Below are positions 1 to 12,000 of a stretch of DNA of 64,000 bases, piece after piece; position 1 is the first letter of the stretch, and every line of letters begins with the position of its first letter. A program made the position numbers and the translations under genes. The stretch is from Leucoraja ocellata. Its lineage: Eukaryota. A model generated the notes under the pieces. The model was given only the letters and a program-made list of their open reading frames with translations, was not told the origin of the DNA and did no database searches. The stretch spans positions 7,068,001 to 7,132,000 of the forward strand of contig JAWMAR010000070.1 of NCBI GenBank assembly GCA_036785375.1. Direction: 5' to 3'.

Positions 1-272
1 CCACCAGACAGTTCTATAAACCCACCGCCCCCTGAGTGAAAATGTTGCCCCTCAGGTTCCTATTAAATCTTGCCCCTCTAACCTTAAACTTATGTCCCCC
101 TGGTTCTTGATTCCCGTACCCCAGGTAAAAGATGTTTTGTGTTCACCCCTCTATTCCCCTCATGATGAATTAAGTGACTACAATATAGAATGCTGTTGTT
201 GGCCTAAGTGTGTGAAGTTTATAATGATGGATGTTATTGTGTGTTTGTGCTGTCCTGCCACTGCCTGTTGTT

Positions 273-788
273 TCACTTCACTGTCAGCTTGATATTTAGT
301 CTACATTCCTTTTGGCCAGTGAACCAAGCGCAGGAATATATCCCAATATCAGTCTCGAGTAAACCTATGATGACCAACGAGGCATCCCGTGTCCCATCCA
401 CGTTTGTATTCATGAACCTCCAGCGGCCGACCCCCCCTGGATAGGTCGCACCATTCCCTTTAGTAAACACGCCCAGTGTCCCGCTCCCTTTACTCCAGGT
501 GATCACAAAATTCGCGGGTCCAGTCTTCCCTGTGGGTACTTTACAGGGTAGCGTAGCAGAACCACCCCTGCGTGCCGTCACATCCGTGTATTTCATCTTG
601 TTCGCAGCTGGCTTAGCACCGCATTCTGGAGAACTTTGTTTTTTGACTTGTCGAGGCTCTCGTGCGTTCCACCCGGGCAAGTTTGCTTCCTCTCCCCATT
701 CTCTGGAGATCGGACCTGTTCCAGTTGCGGAGACTTGCCACACCATCTCCACAAGGACCATGAATCCTATCCATCTCTGCAGTCCCAT
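273..788 (-). CDS. Secreted single V-type Ig-domain precursor, type A copy 1 (A1), 171 aa from the first ATG
   Basis: Hydrophobic leader MGLQRWIGFMVLVEMVWQVSA, then REPR|Q. V-set motifs are TLPC (B strand), ITW (C strand), DASLVI and DIGIYSC (D-x-G-x-Y-x-C), with the stop right after LTVK. The ATG at 788-786 follows a splice-acceptor-like tttcacccacag|gaac. The ORF track's GTG start at 815 is probably intronic. Confidence 0.85.
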   Translation of the reverse strand: MGLQRWIGFMVLVEMVWQVSATGTGPISREWGEEANLPGWNAREPRQVKKQSSPECGAKPAANKMKYTDVTARRGGSATLPCKVPTGKTGPANFVITWSKGSGTLGVFTKGNGATYPGGVGRWRFMNTNVDGTRDASLVIIGLLETDIGIYSCAWFTGQKECRLNIKLTVK

Positions 789-924
789 GTTCCTGTGGGT
801 GAAACAATGGGTCACCTTATTGCAACTCAGTAGGATTCATGATGACATTCCCTGAAGCTGCTGCCACCACACTGGGCAATGTCGCTGTGCAGCTTCTACA
901 GCTCCCGCCTGGTTTAGTTTAAGT

Positions 925-1335
925 TGCTTTGACCTGTCGTGGACCAACAACATTGAAGTGGCAGCCAAGGAGGCACACCAATGCATCTACTTCCTCAGAG
1001 ACAGAGGAAATACGACAAGTCTCCAATGTCTCTTAGAAACTTCTACAGATGCACCACAGAGAGCAGACTGTGGGGTTGCATCACAGCTTGGTTTGGGAAC
1101 AGCTCTGAGCCCAAGATCACAAGATATTGCAGAGTTGTGGATGGAGCCCAGTCCATCACACAGACCACACTCCCCACCAGTGACTCCATCTACAACCAAA
1201 AAAATCAAAGACTTGTCCCACCCCGGTCATTCCTCCTTCTCCCTGGTCCTGTCTAGCAGACGGTACAGAAGCTTGAAAGCGCGCACCACCAGACTCAGGA
1301 ACAGCTTCTTCCCCTCTGCTATCAGGCTTCTGAAC
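925..1335 (+). mobile_element. Decayed Rex1/Babar-type LINE RT C-terminal fragment in the A1 intron (also ~58047-58457; a shorter piece lies in the other six introns)
   Basis: Frameshifted peptides AHQCIYFLR, FYRCTTES..CITAWFGN and RRYRSLKARTTRLRNSFFPSAIRLLN match the intact element at 59050-59814. Confidence 0.7.
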
Positions 1336-1372
1336 TGGGGGAACAGTGAACAGAGACAATCCCACCCCCATC

Positions 1373-1750
1373 ACTCACAGACACTTGAAGGATCCACAGG
1401 GTTGGTTACCAGCTCCGGAGTCTCCACACAGGGTGACGGGGTCGGTCTTGTTCTCATCTCCTGCCATCGCTCGCTCCTTTTATACCGACTCCCGGCTTCT
1501 CCTGCCCCTCATTGTCTGCCCTCACGTACATTCAACCAATCACTGCCTCCCACGGAGCATTGGCCGGAGTCAGCCGCGACCTCTCCACCCTCTGCCAAAC
1601 GTGTCGTTGCATCAGCCGTTAACGTTTAACAAGAACAACGTCATCCCAGCTGCCAGCGGCCAACCAGGCGCCCCACACATCCTGCTTGTGTCTCCACCAC
1701 GTCTCGCTTTGGCCACCCATCGGACCAGATGTCCCAGCCACGCCACGTCA
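1373..1750 (-). promoter_or_regulatory. Promoter and first exon of A1 (UPRE, ERSE, CCAAT, TATA, splice donor)
   Basis: TGACGTGG at 1750-1743, CCAAT-N9-CCACG at 1536-1554, TATAAAA at 1484-1478 and donor GTGAGT at 1378-1373. The predicted intron is 793-1378. Confidence 0.7.
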
Positions 1751-1977
1751 CCACCACAGCCCTTGGCACCTGCGCTGGTTCCACAGTTTATACTCAATCT
1801 GAGCCGGCAGCTGGGATGGCGTTGGATCAATTCTTCCTTCCCAACAACCATCAGGCTGTTGAACACGACACGACACTGAGGTCAACAATGAACATCTATG
1901 GAACATCTTTGGTTGCACTAAGGATGTTGGCTTTTCACACTAGTATTGTGCTCTCTCATTTATTGAATTCTCTTTGA

Positions 1978-2570
1978 AAATTGAGGGGGGATCTTATAGA
2001 AACTTACAAAATTTGTAAGGGGTTGGACAGGCTAGATGCAGGAAGATCGTTGGGGAAGTCCAGGACAAGGGGTCACAGTTTATGGATAAGGGGGAAATCC
2101 TTTAGGACCGAGATGAGAAAAAGTTTTTTCACACAGAGAGTGGTGGATCTCTGGAATTCTCTGCCACAGAAGGTAGTTGAGGCCACAGTTCATTGGCTAT
2201 ATTTAAGAGGGAGTTAGATGTGACCCTTGTGGCTAAAGAGATCAGGGGGTATGGAGAGAAGGCAGGTACGGGATACTGAGTTGGATGATCAGCCATGATC
2301 ATGTTGAATGATGGTGCAGGCTCGAAGGGCCGAATGGCCTACTCCTACACCTATTGTCTATGTTTCTATGAAAGCTAGGGCATAGGAAATAGGTAACGTT
2401 TCGGGCCGAACCCCTTCGGGATTCGGCCCGAAACGTTGCCTATTTCCTTCGCTCCATAGCTACTGCTGCACTACTGAGTTGGATGATCAGCCATGATCAT
2501 ATTGAATGATGGTGCAGGCTCGAAGGGCCGAATGGCCTCTACTCCTGCACCTATTTTCTATGTTTCCATG
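1978..2570 (+). mobile_element. CR1 LINE 3' fragments with a short palindromic repeat piece (duplicated at ~60055-60647)
   Basis: RGDLIETYKI..GLDRLD..TRGHSL..FFTQRVV.LWNSLP is the CR1 ORF2 C-terminus. It is followed by the 3' UTR and a (tttctatg)-like tail. Confidence 0.8.
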
Positions 2571-2724
2571 TTTGTTGCTCGTTACATATTTTGTTGCTTT
2601 ATTGCTTTTAGTGGTTTATTGCTTAAAAGGCTCCTCAACAAAGGACACTTTCCAGTCATGGGTTTCCTTCCTGTTCCCCAGGCTCAGTGACTGATGACCA
2701 ACAACTGTGGAGGAGCCATGGTGT

Positions 2725-3391
2725 TGATGAAGCCGAATTTTAGTTAAAAATATAAGAAGATATTAAATTGGCTTCTGGGCTAGCTTACAGCTTATATTTA
2801 GTGTCAAATTAAACTTTCCTCAGGTTGCGGGGTGTGTGAGATAACATTGTCTCCCAAGTGAAGGAGCTAGAGAGATATCTTTGAAAGTAAGATGCCATAA
2901 ACCAAATGACCAATGTTTATGGGGGAGGAGGCAATAAAGGAAGAGAGAAATAAACAGTCACATCTTTGTAAACAAATGACCTATGTTTATGAGGGACCAA
3001 ATGACAGAGGAAGCAGCGAAAAGAGCTAGGGTGGTCTATTTGGAGATAAGGCAAATGGCCAATGTTTTTAGTATATCTTGTACCATGTAAAAAAAAGGTT
3101 TGATGTGATGCATTCTGTGGAAACCTTTTCCAGTACCTCTGACCATGACTAATGTCTGTGGAATGTGATAAGGGGACAAAAAAACCCTATTTAAGGCAAT
3201 GTAATTCTGTTGTTAAGGGGAGGTGGCTGAGCACAGTCAAGTGTCTGTGTTGGTCACTTGACTGGAGTTCTCGCTCCCTTCCATCGGCTGATGTTAAGTA
3301 AAGTTTTGAACTGGTCTACCAAACAGTTTGTGTGGTGTCTGTTTATTAAGAAGCGAACCTAGTTTAGTAGTTAAGATAAGTAACTTTTTCA
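2725..3391 (+). repeat. ERV 5' LTR
   Basis: TGATGAAG...CTTTTTCA, followed by a PBS-like TGG. Confidence 0.9.
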
Positions 3392-4406
3392 TTGGCCTAG
3401 TTATGCAGGCCTCGCTGGGACCACATCAACGGCTGACTGTGCAAGAGGTTGCGGAGGTTGCCGGGATTGGAAGGGAGATAACTGAGCTCTATCGGCCCCC
3501 TTGTAAGACCGACTCCCTAGAAACTCCCGGGAACGTCTGTGATCCTTCATCAGACATTGAATTGGTTCCCTGCCGAGGTTCTTAGCAACAGACAAAGGTC
3601 AGACCAGTTGGGCTTTATATGTTTTTTTTAAGAGGGGATTGTGTATGTATTTTTAAGGCAGCATTGTGCATGTATTTTTAAGAAAGGTCTTATGTATATT
3701 GTTAAGAAGGACGTGAGTGGTTCCTCTCTCTCTCTCTGTCTATCTCTCTTTGTTTTTTTCTCTCTCTACTAAGGGCTCATCAGCCTTGTTGAGATATCCG
3801 TGATTTGTCGGGTTGAGATACGGGGGTTGAAGTGTGTGTCTGGCTTATTGAGACATCCGAAGAGTTGTCGGGTTGAGAAATAAGTGACGTTGTATATTAC
3901 AGTATTAAGAAGTCTACCAAGTTGAAAAAAACTGGGGTCTCGGTTAGCGGGTCTGCTTCGTTGAGACACTTGGGTCGTATATTAAAGAGTTAAAAAAGTC
4001 AGCCAAATTGAGAAACTGGGGTCTCATTTAGTGGGTCGGCCTGGTTGATATATTTGGAACGATTTGGAATTAAGAAGTCTGTTTTCTCTCTCTCTCTTTC
4101 TATCTATCTATGGGGAATGCTATTGATACCGGTCCTATATATGTGTTATTTGAATCCTATGTATAATAAGAAATTTAGAATGTTAAGTTACAAGTTGACC
4201 AAATGGTTAGGGGATGAAGCCTGGCCAGTAGGGGGCACATGGAATGTTGAGACAATTAAATAAGCAGAGGTGTTGATATGGGAAAGGAAGACAGGAAAGA
4301 AATGGAAGAAAGGAATTAAAACATGGAAATCAGGAACAGAGGAGAAGCATGAGGAGAGTAGAGTTCGAAGTTGGATGGATACTACATGTAAGAAGGGGAT
4401 AGAGTA

Positions 4407-5437
4407 GGTATGTTACAAAACTTACCTGAATCGTCAATGAGAATCTGCCATCAGGCCGTGTGCGTGATTTTGGCGCTGTTTAGAGGAGACAGGTTTAAAA
4501 CGAGATTTTTACTAGGCTGTTGCAATCGAAAATGTTCAGCCTAGTAAATCATTAACGGAGAATCGCTGGGGGACCCTGTCGCAAAGGGTGTTATTGGTTT
4601 TTATGGCCTTGTATGGTGGTTGTAGTAGTTTGGAGGTCACTCTCTAGATCCGCGACCTCTCGCAGGCCCAGGGTTTTATAAAGCAAACAATTAAAGGTAT
4701 GTACCTTATTTTTACATTAAAAGGGGCTTCTTAAGAACCTTAAAGTTTTCTATAGCGAGTAGCTCATTTTGGGCTTTTTATATCCCGCAGTATTTTTCTG
4801 GGCATTTGAGGGCACAAATCCAGCGCAATGTGAACGTTCTAAACCAGCGCATTCACAGGAACCCACTAGAAAGCAGATTTAAAATAGACTTTAATTTACA
4901 GCAATTGAACACTAAATTCCTTCCATTTGGCCTATAAATTGATGTAAATGAGATTTAAAAATCATGTTTTATTGTGAATTATTTGTGACTATTATTTGGA
5001 CACTTAGGCTATTTAAAAATGTTAATCATTTATTAAGAAATGGATAGATGTTTGGATCTAGTAATTGAAGTTTGAAATTAGCTACAATTGGGTAACTAAC
5101 TAATTATATGCTTTAATTTCAGGTCATCCAAGTAAGATTATTTTATATTTGTTTCAGAATGCTTCAATCTATGATAACTGAAAATTTCATTCAGTTCTCT
5201 TAATTTTTAAGAAGGTTATGGGCTTTTGACTGTCCATGATCACAGTTTTTTTGTTATGTCCATAGAAAATCAATAGGGAACAAGATGCTAATTCCCGAGT
5301 ATGAAAATGGCCATAATTCTTTTATTACTTGAGATATGAAAGTGAATTAGGTGTCAAATTAAACTTATTGTTATGCTTTATCTGATGGGATAAATTGCAG
5401 ACTTGATTTTTTAAATCTCACAATTTTGTAACATTGC
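4407..5437. mobile_element. Non-autonomous DNA transposon (MITE-like, 1031 bp) nested in ERV gag; copies at 10090-11120 and 62484-63514
   Basis: Terminal inverted repeats GGTATGTTACAAAA / TTTTGTAACATTGC match at 12 of 14 positions. TA flanks both sides and the interior is AT-rich and non-coding. Confidence 0.7.
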
Positions 5438-8407
5438 TAGATAGAGTTAAGAAACAAGGATAGCACTCGGAAAGGATGGAAATTAGTGCAACTAGAATGC
5501 CAGTGGGCAGAGGAACAAGAGAATAGAATTAAAAGACAGACAGGAGGTGAGAAACAAGTGATGGTTCGTAAAAAATAAACCCAGTACTGGTAAATCCTCT
5601 GGAGGAGACTTCATGTCTGGCACGACAACCCTATTTGGTAATGAAGATGAGGAGTTAGATAATCTTGAGAGATGTCTACCAGTAGCAATGGCATCTTTAC
5701 CTGGGACAGTTCCGTCAGTAACATCCCTATAACTTGAAGTTCTGACATTACAAAGCTCCCCAGGATTGGGAGCACGGGAATCCCTTTCTGTGTGTAATTT
5801 GTTAAGGCATTGATGCTACCAGAACAGCTGGTCATTATTAAATGTACTGCACACACTGGTGCTGGGGACCCTATAGCAAAAGGCAATGAGTTGCCGATAG
5901 TGTATCCAAACAGGCAGCCTGTACATCCAAATGCATAGTGACAGCAGCTAAACAGATGCTAGCAAATAGAACGGTCCTGCCAAACATGAGGGAGGTATGT
6001 ACATTACAGAGGGACGCCTCTTATATATAAAATAATTATGGAAACAAGAGGGCTGTGCCATTAATTCAGCACACCCCGCTTGGACAAGTTGGTGTATACG
6101 ATACATTTTTACCCGTCTTACCCATGCTGGTAAGGAGGGAATGATAGGATAACAAAGGAAATGTGGTGGCACAACAGAAAATTTGATAAGAGGCACTGAA
6201 GCAGGCCTCTGAATGTAAAATTTGCCAATGAAATAATCCAGGCAAACCAATTAGGATACCCTCAGGGGTGACGCCAATGCCATCATGATCGTTTGAATGC
6301 ATACAGATTGATTTTATTGAGATGCCAAGGGCCCAGTGTTATAAATATTGCGTATTGATTTTAGATTTATTTAGTAGGTGGAGTGAAGCTCTACCAACCA
6401 CCAATAATAAGGAAAATGTGCACATTTTAATATCTGACAGAAATTCACTGTACACACCACCCACTGGTATCTGGGATGGTGGAAAGAGTCAATGGGGATT
6501 GCAAAACAAAATTACCCCGGAGGTAAATCCTTTTCCTGACAAGCAACTATGTTATAAAAATTGGGGATGAAGGAAAATTCAATGGAGAAATGAGGATAGG
6601 ATAGGGAGACTGAATAGTCAAGGGCAGTCTGACTAATCATGATCTGGATCAATGTCCAATTAGGGTTAGGTGACCAGGATTTTGGTCAACAGAAGTCTTG
6701 TCAGAAAAAGGGAAAGTAAATTACAAAGAGATGTCTTTGAAGATGAAATATTATATACTGCTGGTAAAACAATGTTTTTGTATATGTACTGCTTGTAAAA
6801 CAATGTTTTTTGTATGTGGAATGTGTGAAATTCGAAGCAATGAGCAAAGTTGTGTGTCGCTTTAAATAGTTTGTCCTTTAAAATGCAAATAGACAAAGTT
6901 TATGGTGTGCTCAGTTAAAGAAACAGGCATGAATGGGGGGGTGGAGCTATACTCGATGATAAAATGTGTTGGTTGATTATAAATCTTTTAAACCAAGTTT
7001 AAAAAAAAAGACTCATCCCGATTAAAGTGTTAAATGAGATTGGAAATGTCAAAATTACAGAGAAAAGAAAATGTATTATTGATTACTGATTCTGAATGAG
7101 TTTTTTTGGGAAAGATTGTTTTGATATGATAACAGAGGTTGTCTTTTAAAATGTAAATGAAGCAAGATTACTGTTTTCAAGCAAACAAAAAGATGTTGCT
7201 GTAGCATGTGCTGTGTGAGTGAAATGAAGGTAGATGAAAAATTGTTTTATGACTTAAAAAAGGGGGTTTGAGGGAACTCACAATGAGGGATGAAAGGTGA
7301 GAAGATAAAGTAGATTGGGGAAGAGAACATATTTGGAGAATTGAATATTTAGGTGGGGAGAGCCTCTTTGGATATAATCGGATTAAAGGATAAATTCACA
7401 GGGAAGTGTTAAGAAGGGACTGGAGATACTGGAGGATCAAAGGGGGACAAAAGTGCTGGAGAAACAGCTGGTGAACAAGATTCACAACTTTTTATTGATA
7501 CAGGAAAAGCTGCTCTGTCCACCCCCTGGAGAGTGGGGGAAAGCCACCTACAGGCCCTGGGCAATTAACTAATTATGTATGGTCGGCAATTAACCCATGT
7601 CTTGCCAGATCTACATTCCCAGGTTGGAGGAGTTTTTGCTGGAAACCAGTGACCAAGGCCATAAAGGCTATACGATGGGGGTGCTGGGACAAGAAGAAAT
7701 TGAGACTGTTGAAAGAAACAACCAAGTGTTGCTAACAACATGAACTGCTGTAAAGATGAAAGATCATCGTCGCTGGATACATTTGATTGACTGTGAACAG
7801 TTTGTGGAAACAAGGACGATGGGCTATTGATGCTCCCTTTATTCTGGGGTAGCCCAGCCCACATGGACTGAACTTTCTTCAGAATGGCAAACTTGCAGAC
7901 TAACCTACATTTAAAGGATGGTACACACCTCCTTTTAAAAAAGATTGAAGTCAAACATGACAAGCGCAGCAAAGATACCCTGACTACGGACAGTAAGAGG
8001 TCTGCAAAGGCCAGTTAAATCTACCTGTTTTTGCCACAACCAAGGCACTGGTGTATATTAAGGAAACAGTATATTTGTGACAGGGCATTGTTATGTTGCA
8101 AATGCAGTGCCACACAAGAGAAGCATGAACCAGTTACACCAGCACACAGGGAATTCCAAATGAAGCCGAATAAAGGCTGAGCAATTTTTATGAACCTTTT
8201 CCTGTCCTATGGTAGTATCTTAGTGTCACATCCGGGGGAGGTTGGTGGCCATTTAAAATGTTTGGAGGGACTTGTGAAACGATTGTCCACTATGAATTGA
8301 TTGTGCTACTAGTGTACTATTAATTTGTCTGATGAGATGCTTATGGTCTTTCGTATGTACTCAGGAAGGACTGCAGTTGTTATCAAAATTTTGATAAAAG
8401 GATGGAA

Positions 8408-9074
8408 TGATGAAGCCGAATTTTAGTTAAAAATATAAGAAGATATTAAATTGGCTTCTGGGCTAGCTTACAGCTTATATTTAGTGTCAAATTAAACTTT
8501 CCTCAGGTTGCGGGGTGTGTGAGATAACATTGTCTCCCAAGTGAAGGAGCTAGAGAGATATCTTTGAAAGTAAGATGCCATAAACCAAATGACCAATGTT
8601 TATGGGGGAGGAGGCAATAAAGGAAGAGAGAAATAAACAGTCACATCTTTGTAAACAAATGACCTATGTTTATGAGGGACCAAATGACAGAGGAAGCAGC
8701 GAAAAGAGCTAGGGTGGTCTATTTGGAGATAAGGCAAATGGCCAATGTTTTTAGTATATCTTGTACCATGTAAAAAAAAGGTTTGATGTGATGCATTCTG
8801 TGGAAACCTTTTCCAGTACCTCTGACCATGACTAATGTCTGTGGAATGTGATAAGGGGACAAAAAAACCCTATTTAAGGCAATGTAATTCTGTTGTTAAG
8901 GGGAGGTGGCTGAGCACAGTCAAGTGTCTGTGTTGGTCACTTGACTGGAGTTCTCGCTCCCTTCCATCGGCTGATGTTAAGTAAAGTTTTGAACTGGTCT
9001 ACCAAACAGTTTGTGTGGTGTCTGTTTATTAAGAAGCGAACCTAGTTTAGTAGTTAAGATAAGTAACTTTTTCA
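8408..9074 (+). repeat. ERV shared middle LTR
   Basis: Offset 5683 bp from LTR1, preceded by the PPT and followed by the PBS. Confidence 0.9.
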
Positions 9075-12000
9075 TTGGCCTAGTTATGCAGGCCTCGCTG
9101 GGACCACATCAACGGCTGACTGTGCAAGAGGTTGCGGAGGTTGCCGGGATTGGAAGGGAGATAACTGAGCTCTATCGGCCCCCTTGTAAGACCGACTCCC
9201 TAGAAACTCCCGGGAACGTCTGTGATCCTTCATCAGACATTGAATTGGTTCCCTGCCGAGGTTCTTAGCAACAGACAAAGGTCAGACCAGTTGGGCTTTA
9301 TATGTTTTTTTTAAGAGGGGATTGTGTATGTATTTTTAAGGCAGCATTGTGCATGTATTTTTAAGAAAGGTCTTATGTATATTGTTAAGAAGGACGTGAG
9401 TGGTTCCTCTCTCTCTCTCTGTCTATCTCTCTTTGTTTTTTTCTCTCTCTACTAAGGGCTCATCAGCCTTGTTGAGATATCCGTGATTTGTCGGGTTGAG
9501 ATACGGGGGTTGAAGTGTGTGTCTGGCTTATTGAGACATCCGAAGAGTTGTCGGGTTGAGAAATAAGTGACGTTGTATATTACAGTATTAAGAAGTCTAC
9601 CAAGTTGAAAAAAACTGGGGTCTCGGTTAGCGGGTCTGCTTCGTTGAGACACTTGGGTCGTATATTAAAGAGTTAAAAAAGTCAGCCAAATTGAGAAACT
9701 GGGGTCTCATTTAGTGGGTCGGCCTGGTTGATATATTTGGAACGATTCGGAATTAAGAAGTCTGTTTTCTCTCTCTCTCTTTCTATCTATCTATGGGGAA
9801 TGCTATTGATACCGGTCCTATATATGTGTTATTTGAATCCTATGTATAATAAGAAATTTAGAATGTTAAGTTACAAGTTGACCAAATGGTTAGGGGATGA
9901 AGCCTGGCCAGTAGGGGGCACATGGAATGTTGAGACAATTAAATAAGCAGAGGTGTTGATATGGGAAAGGAAGACAGGAAAGAAATGGAAGAAAGGAATT
10001 AAAACATGGAAATCAGGAACAGAGGAGAAGCATGAGGAGAGTAGAGTTCGAAGTTGGATGGATACTACATGTAAGAAGGGGATAGAGTAGGTATGTTACA
10101 AAACTTACCTGAATCGTCAATGAGAATCTGCCATCAGGCCGTGTGCGTGATTTTGGCGCTGTTTAGAGGAGACAGGTTTAAAACGAGATTTTTACTAGGC
10201 TGTTGCAATCGAAAATGTTCAGCCTAGTAAATCATTAACGGAGAATCACTGGGGGACCCCGTCGCAAAGGGTGTTATTGGTTTTTATGGCCTTGTATGGT
10301 GGTTGTAGTAGTTTGGAGGTCACTCTCTAGATCCGCGACCTCTCGCAGGCCCAGGGTTTTATAAAGCAAACAATTAAAGGTATGTACCTTATTTTTACAT
10401 TAAAAGGGGCTTCTTAAGAACCTTAAAGTTTTCTATAGCGAGTAGCTCATTTTGGGCTTTTTATATCCCGCAGTATTTTTCTGGGCATTTGAGGGCACAA
10501 ATCCAGCGCAATGTGAACGTTCTAAACCAGCGCATTCACAGGAACCCACTAGAAAGCAGATTTAAAATAGACTTTAATTTACAGCAATTGAACACTAAAT
10601 TCCTTCCATTTGGCCTATAAATTGATGTAAATGAGATTTAAAAATCATGTTTTATTGTGAATTATTTGTGACTATTATTTGGACACTTAGGCTATTTAAA
10701 AATGTTAATCATTTATTAAGAAATGGATAGATGTTTGGATCTAGTAATTGAAGTTTGAAATTAGCTACAATTGGGTAACTAACTAATTATATGCTTTAAT
10801 TTCAGGTCATCCAAGTAAGATTATTTTATATTTGTTTCAGAATGCTTCAATCTATGATAACTGAAAATTTCATTCAGTTCTCTTAATTTTTAAGAAGGTT
10901 ATGGGCTTTTGACTGTCCATGATCACAGTTTTTTTGTTATGTCCATAGAAAATCAATAGGGAACAAGATGCTAATTCCCGAGTATGAAAATGGCCATAAT
11001 TCTTTTATTACTTGAGATATGAAAGTGAATTAGGTGTCAAATTAAACTTATTGTTATGCTTTATCTGATGGGATAAATTGCAGACTTGATTTTTTAAATC
11101 TCACAATTTTGTAACATTGCTAGATAGAGTTAAGAAACAAGGATAGCACTCGGAAAGGATGGAAATTAGTGCAACTAGAATGCCAGTGGGCAGAGGAACA
11201 AGAGAATAGAATTAAAAGACAGACAGGAGGTGAGAAACAAGTGATGGTTCGTAAAAAATAAACCCAGTACTGGTAAATCCTCTGGAGGAGACTTCATGTC
11301 TGGCACGACAACCCTATTTGGTAATGAAGATGAGGAGTTAGATAATCTTGAGAGATGTCTACCAGTAGCAATGGCATCTTTACCTGGGACAGTTCCGTCA
11401 GTAACATCCCTATAACTTGAAGTTCTGACATTACAAAGCTCCCCAGGATTGGGAGCACGGGAATCCCTTTCTGTGTGTAATTTGTTAAGGCATTGATGCT
11501 ACCAGAACAGCTGGTCATTATTAAATGTACTGCACACACTGGTGCTGGGGACCCTATAGCAAAAGGCAATGAGTTGCCGATAGTGTATCCAAACAGGCAG
11601 CCTGTACATCCAAATGCATAGTGACAGCAGCTAAACAGATGCTAGCAAATAGAACGGTCCTGCCAAACATGAGGGAGGTATGTACATTACAGAGGGACGC
11701 CTCTTATATATAAAATAATTATGGAAACAAGAGGGCTGTGCCATTAATTCAGCACACCCCGCTTGGACAAGTTGGTGTATACGATACATTTTTACCCGTC
11801 TTACCCATGCTGGTAAGGAGGGAATGATAGGATAACAAAGGAAATGTGGTGGCACAACAGAAAATTTGATAAGAGGCACTGAAGCAGGCCTCTGAATGTA
11901 AAATTTGCCAATGAAATAATCCAGGCAAACCAATTAGGATACCCTCAGGGGTGACGCCAATGCCATCATGATCGTTTGAATGCATACAGATTGATTTTAT

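Noticed and set aside
200-300. Rearranging antigen-receptor V segments (Ig, TCR, IgNAR) with recombination signals
   Set aside because: There is no CACAGTG heptamer plus nonamer after the F-strand Cys. The G strand and stop are already encoded, and I saw no J, D or C segments.
789-815. ORF-track N-terminus MTHCFTHRN on all Ig ORFs
   Set aside because: It starts at GTG and overlaps a pyrimidine tract and CAG acceptor. The first ATG (MGLQRW) is the plausible start.
958-1879. Recurrent 138-223-aa ORFs (MSHPGHSS..., MNRDNPTP...) in all eight units
   Set aside because: They are antisense read-throughs of a Rex1 fragment plus the GC-rich promoter block. They recur only because the DNA is duplicated.
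7565-7972. 135-aa minus-strand ORF in the ERV as an accessory gene
   Set aside because: It has no recognisable motifs, lies antisense within decayed proviral sequence, and recurs only through the tandem duplication.
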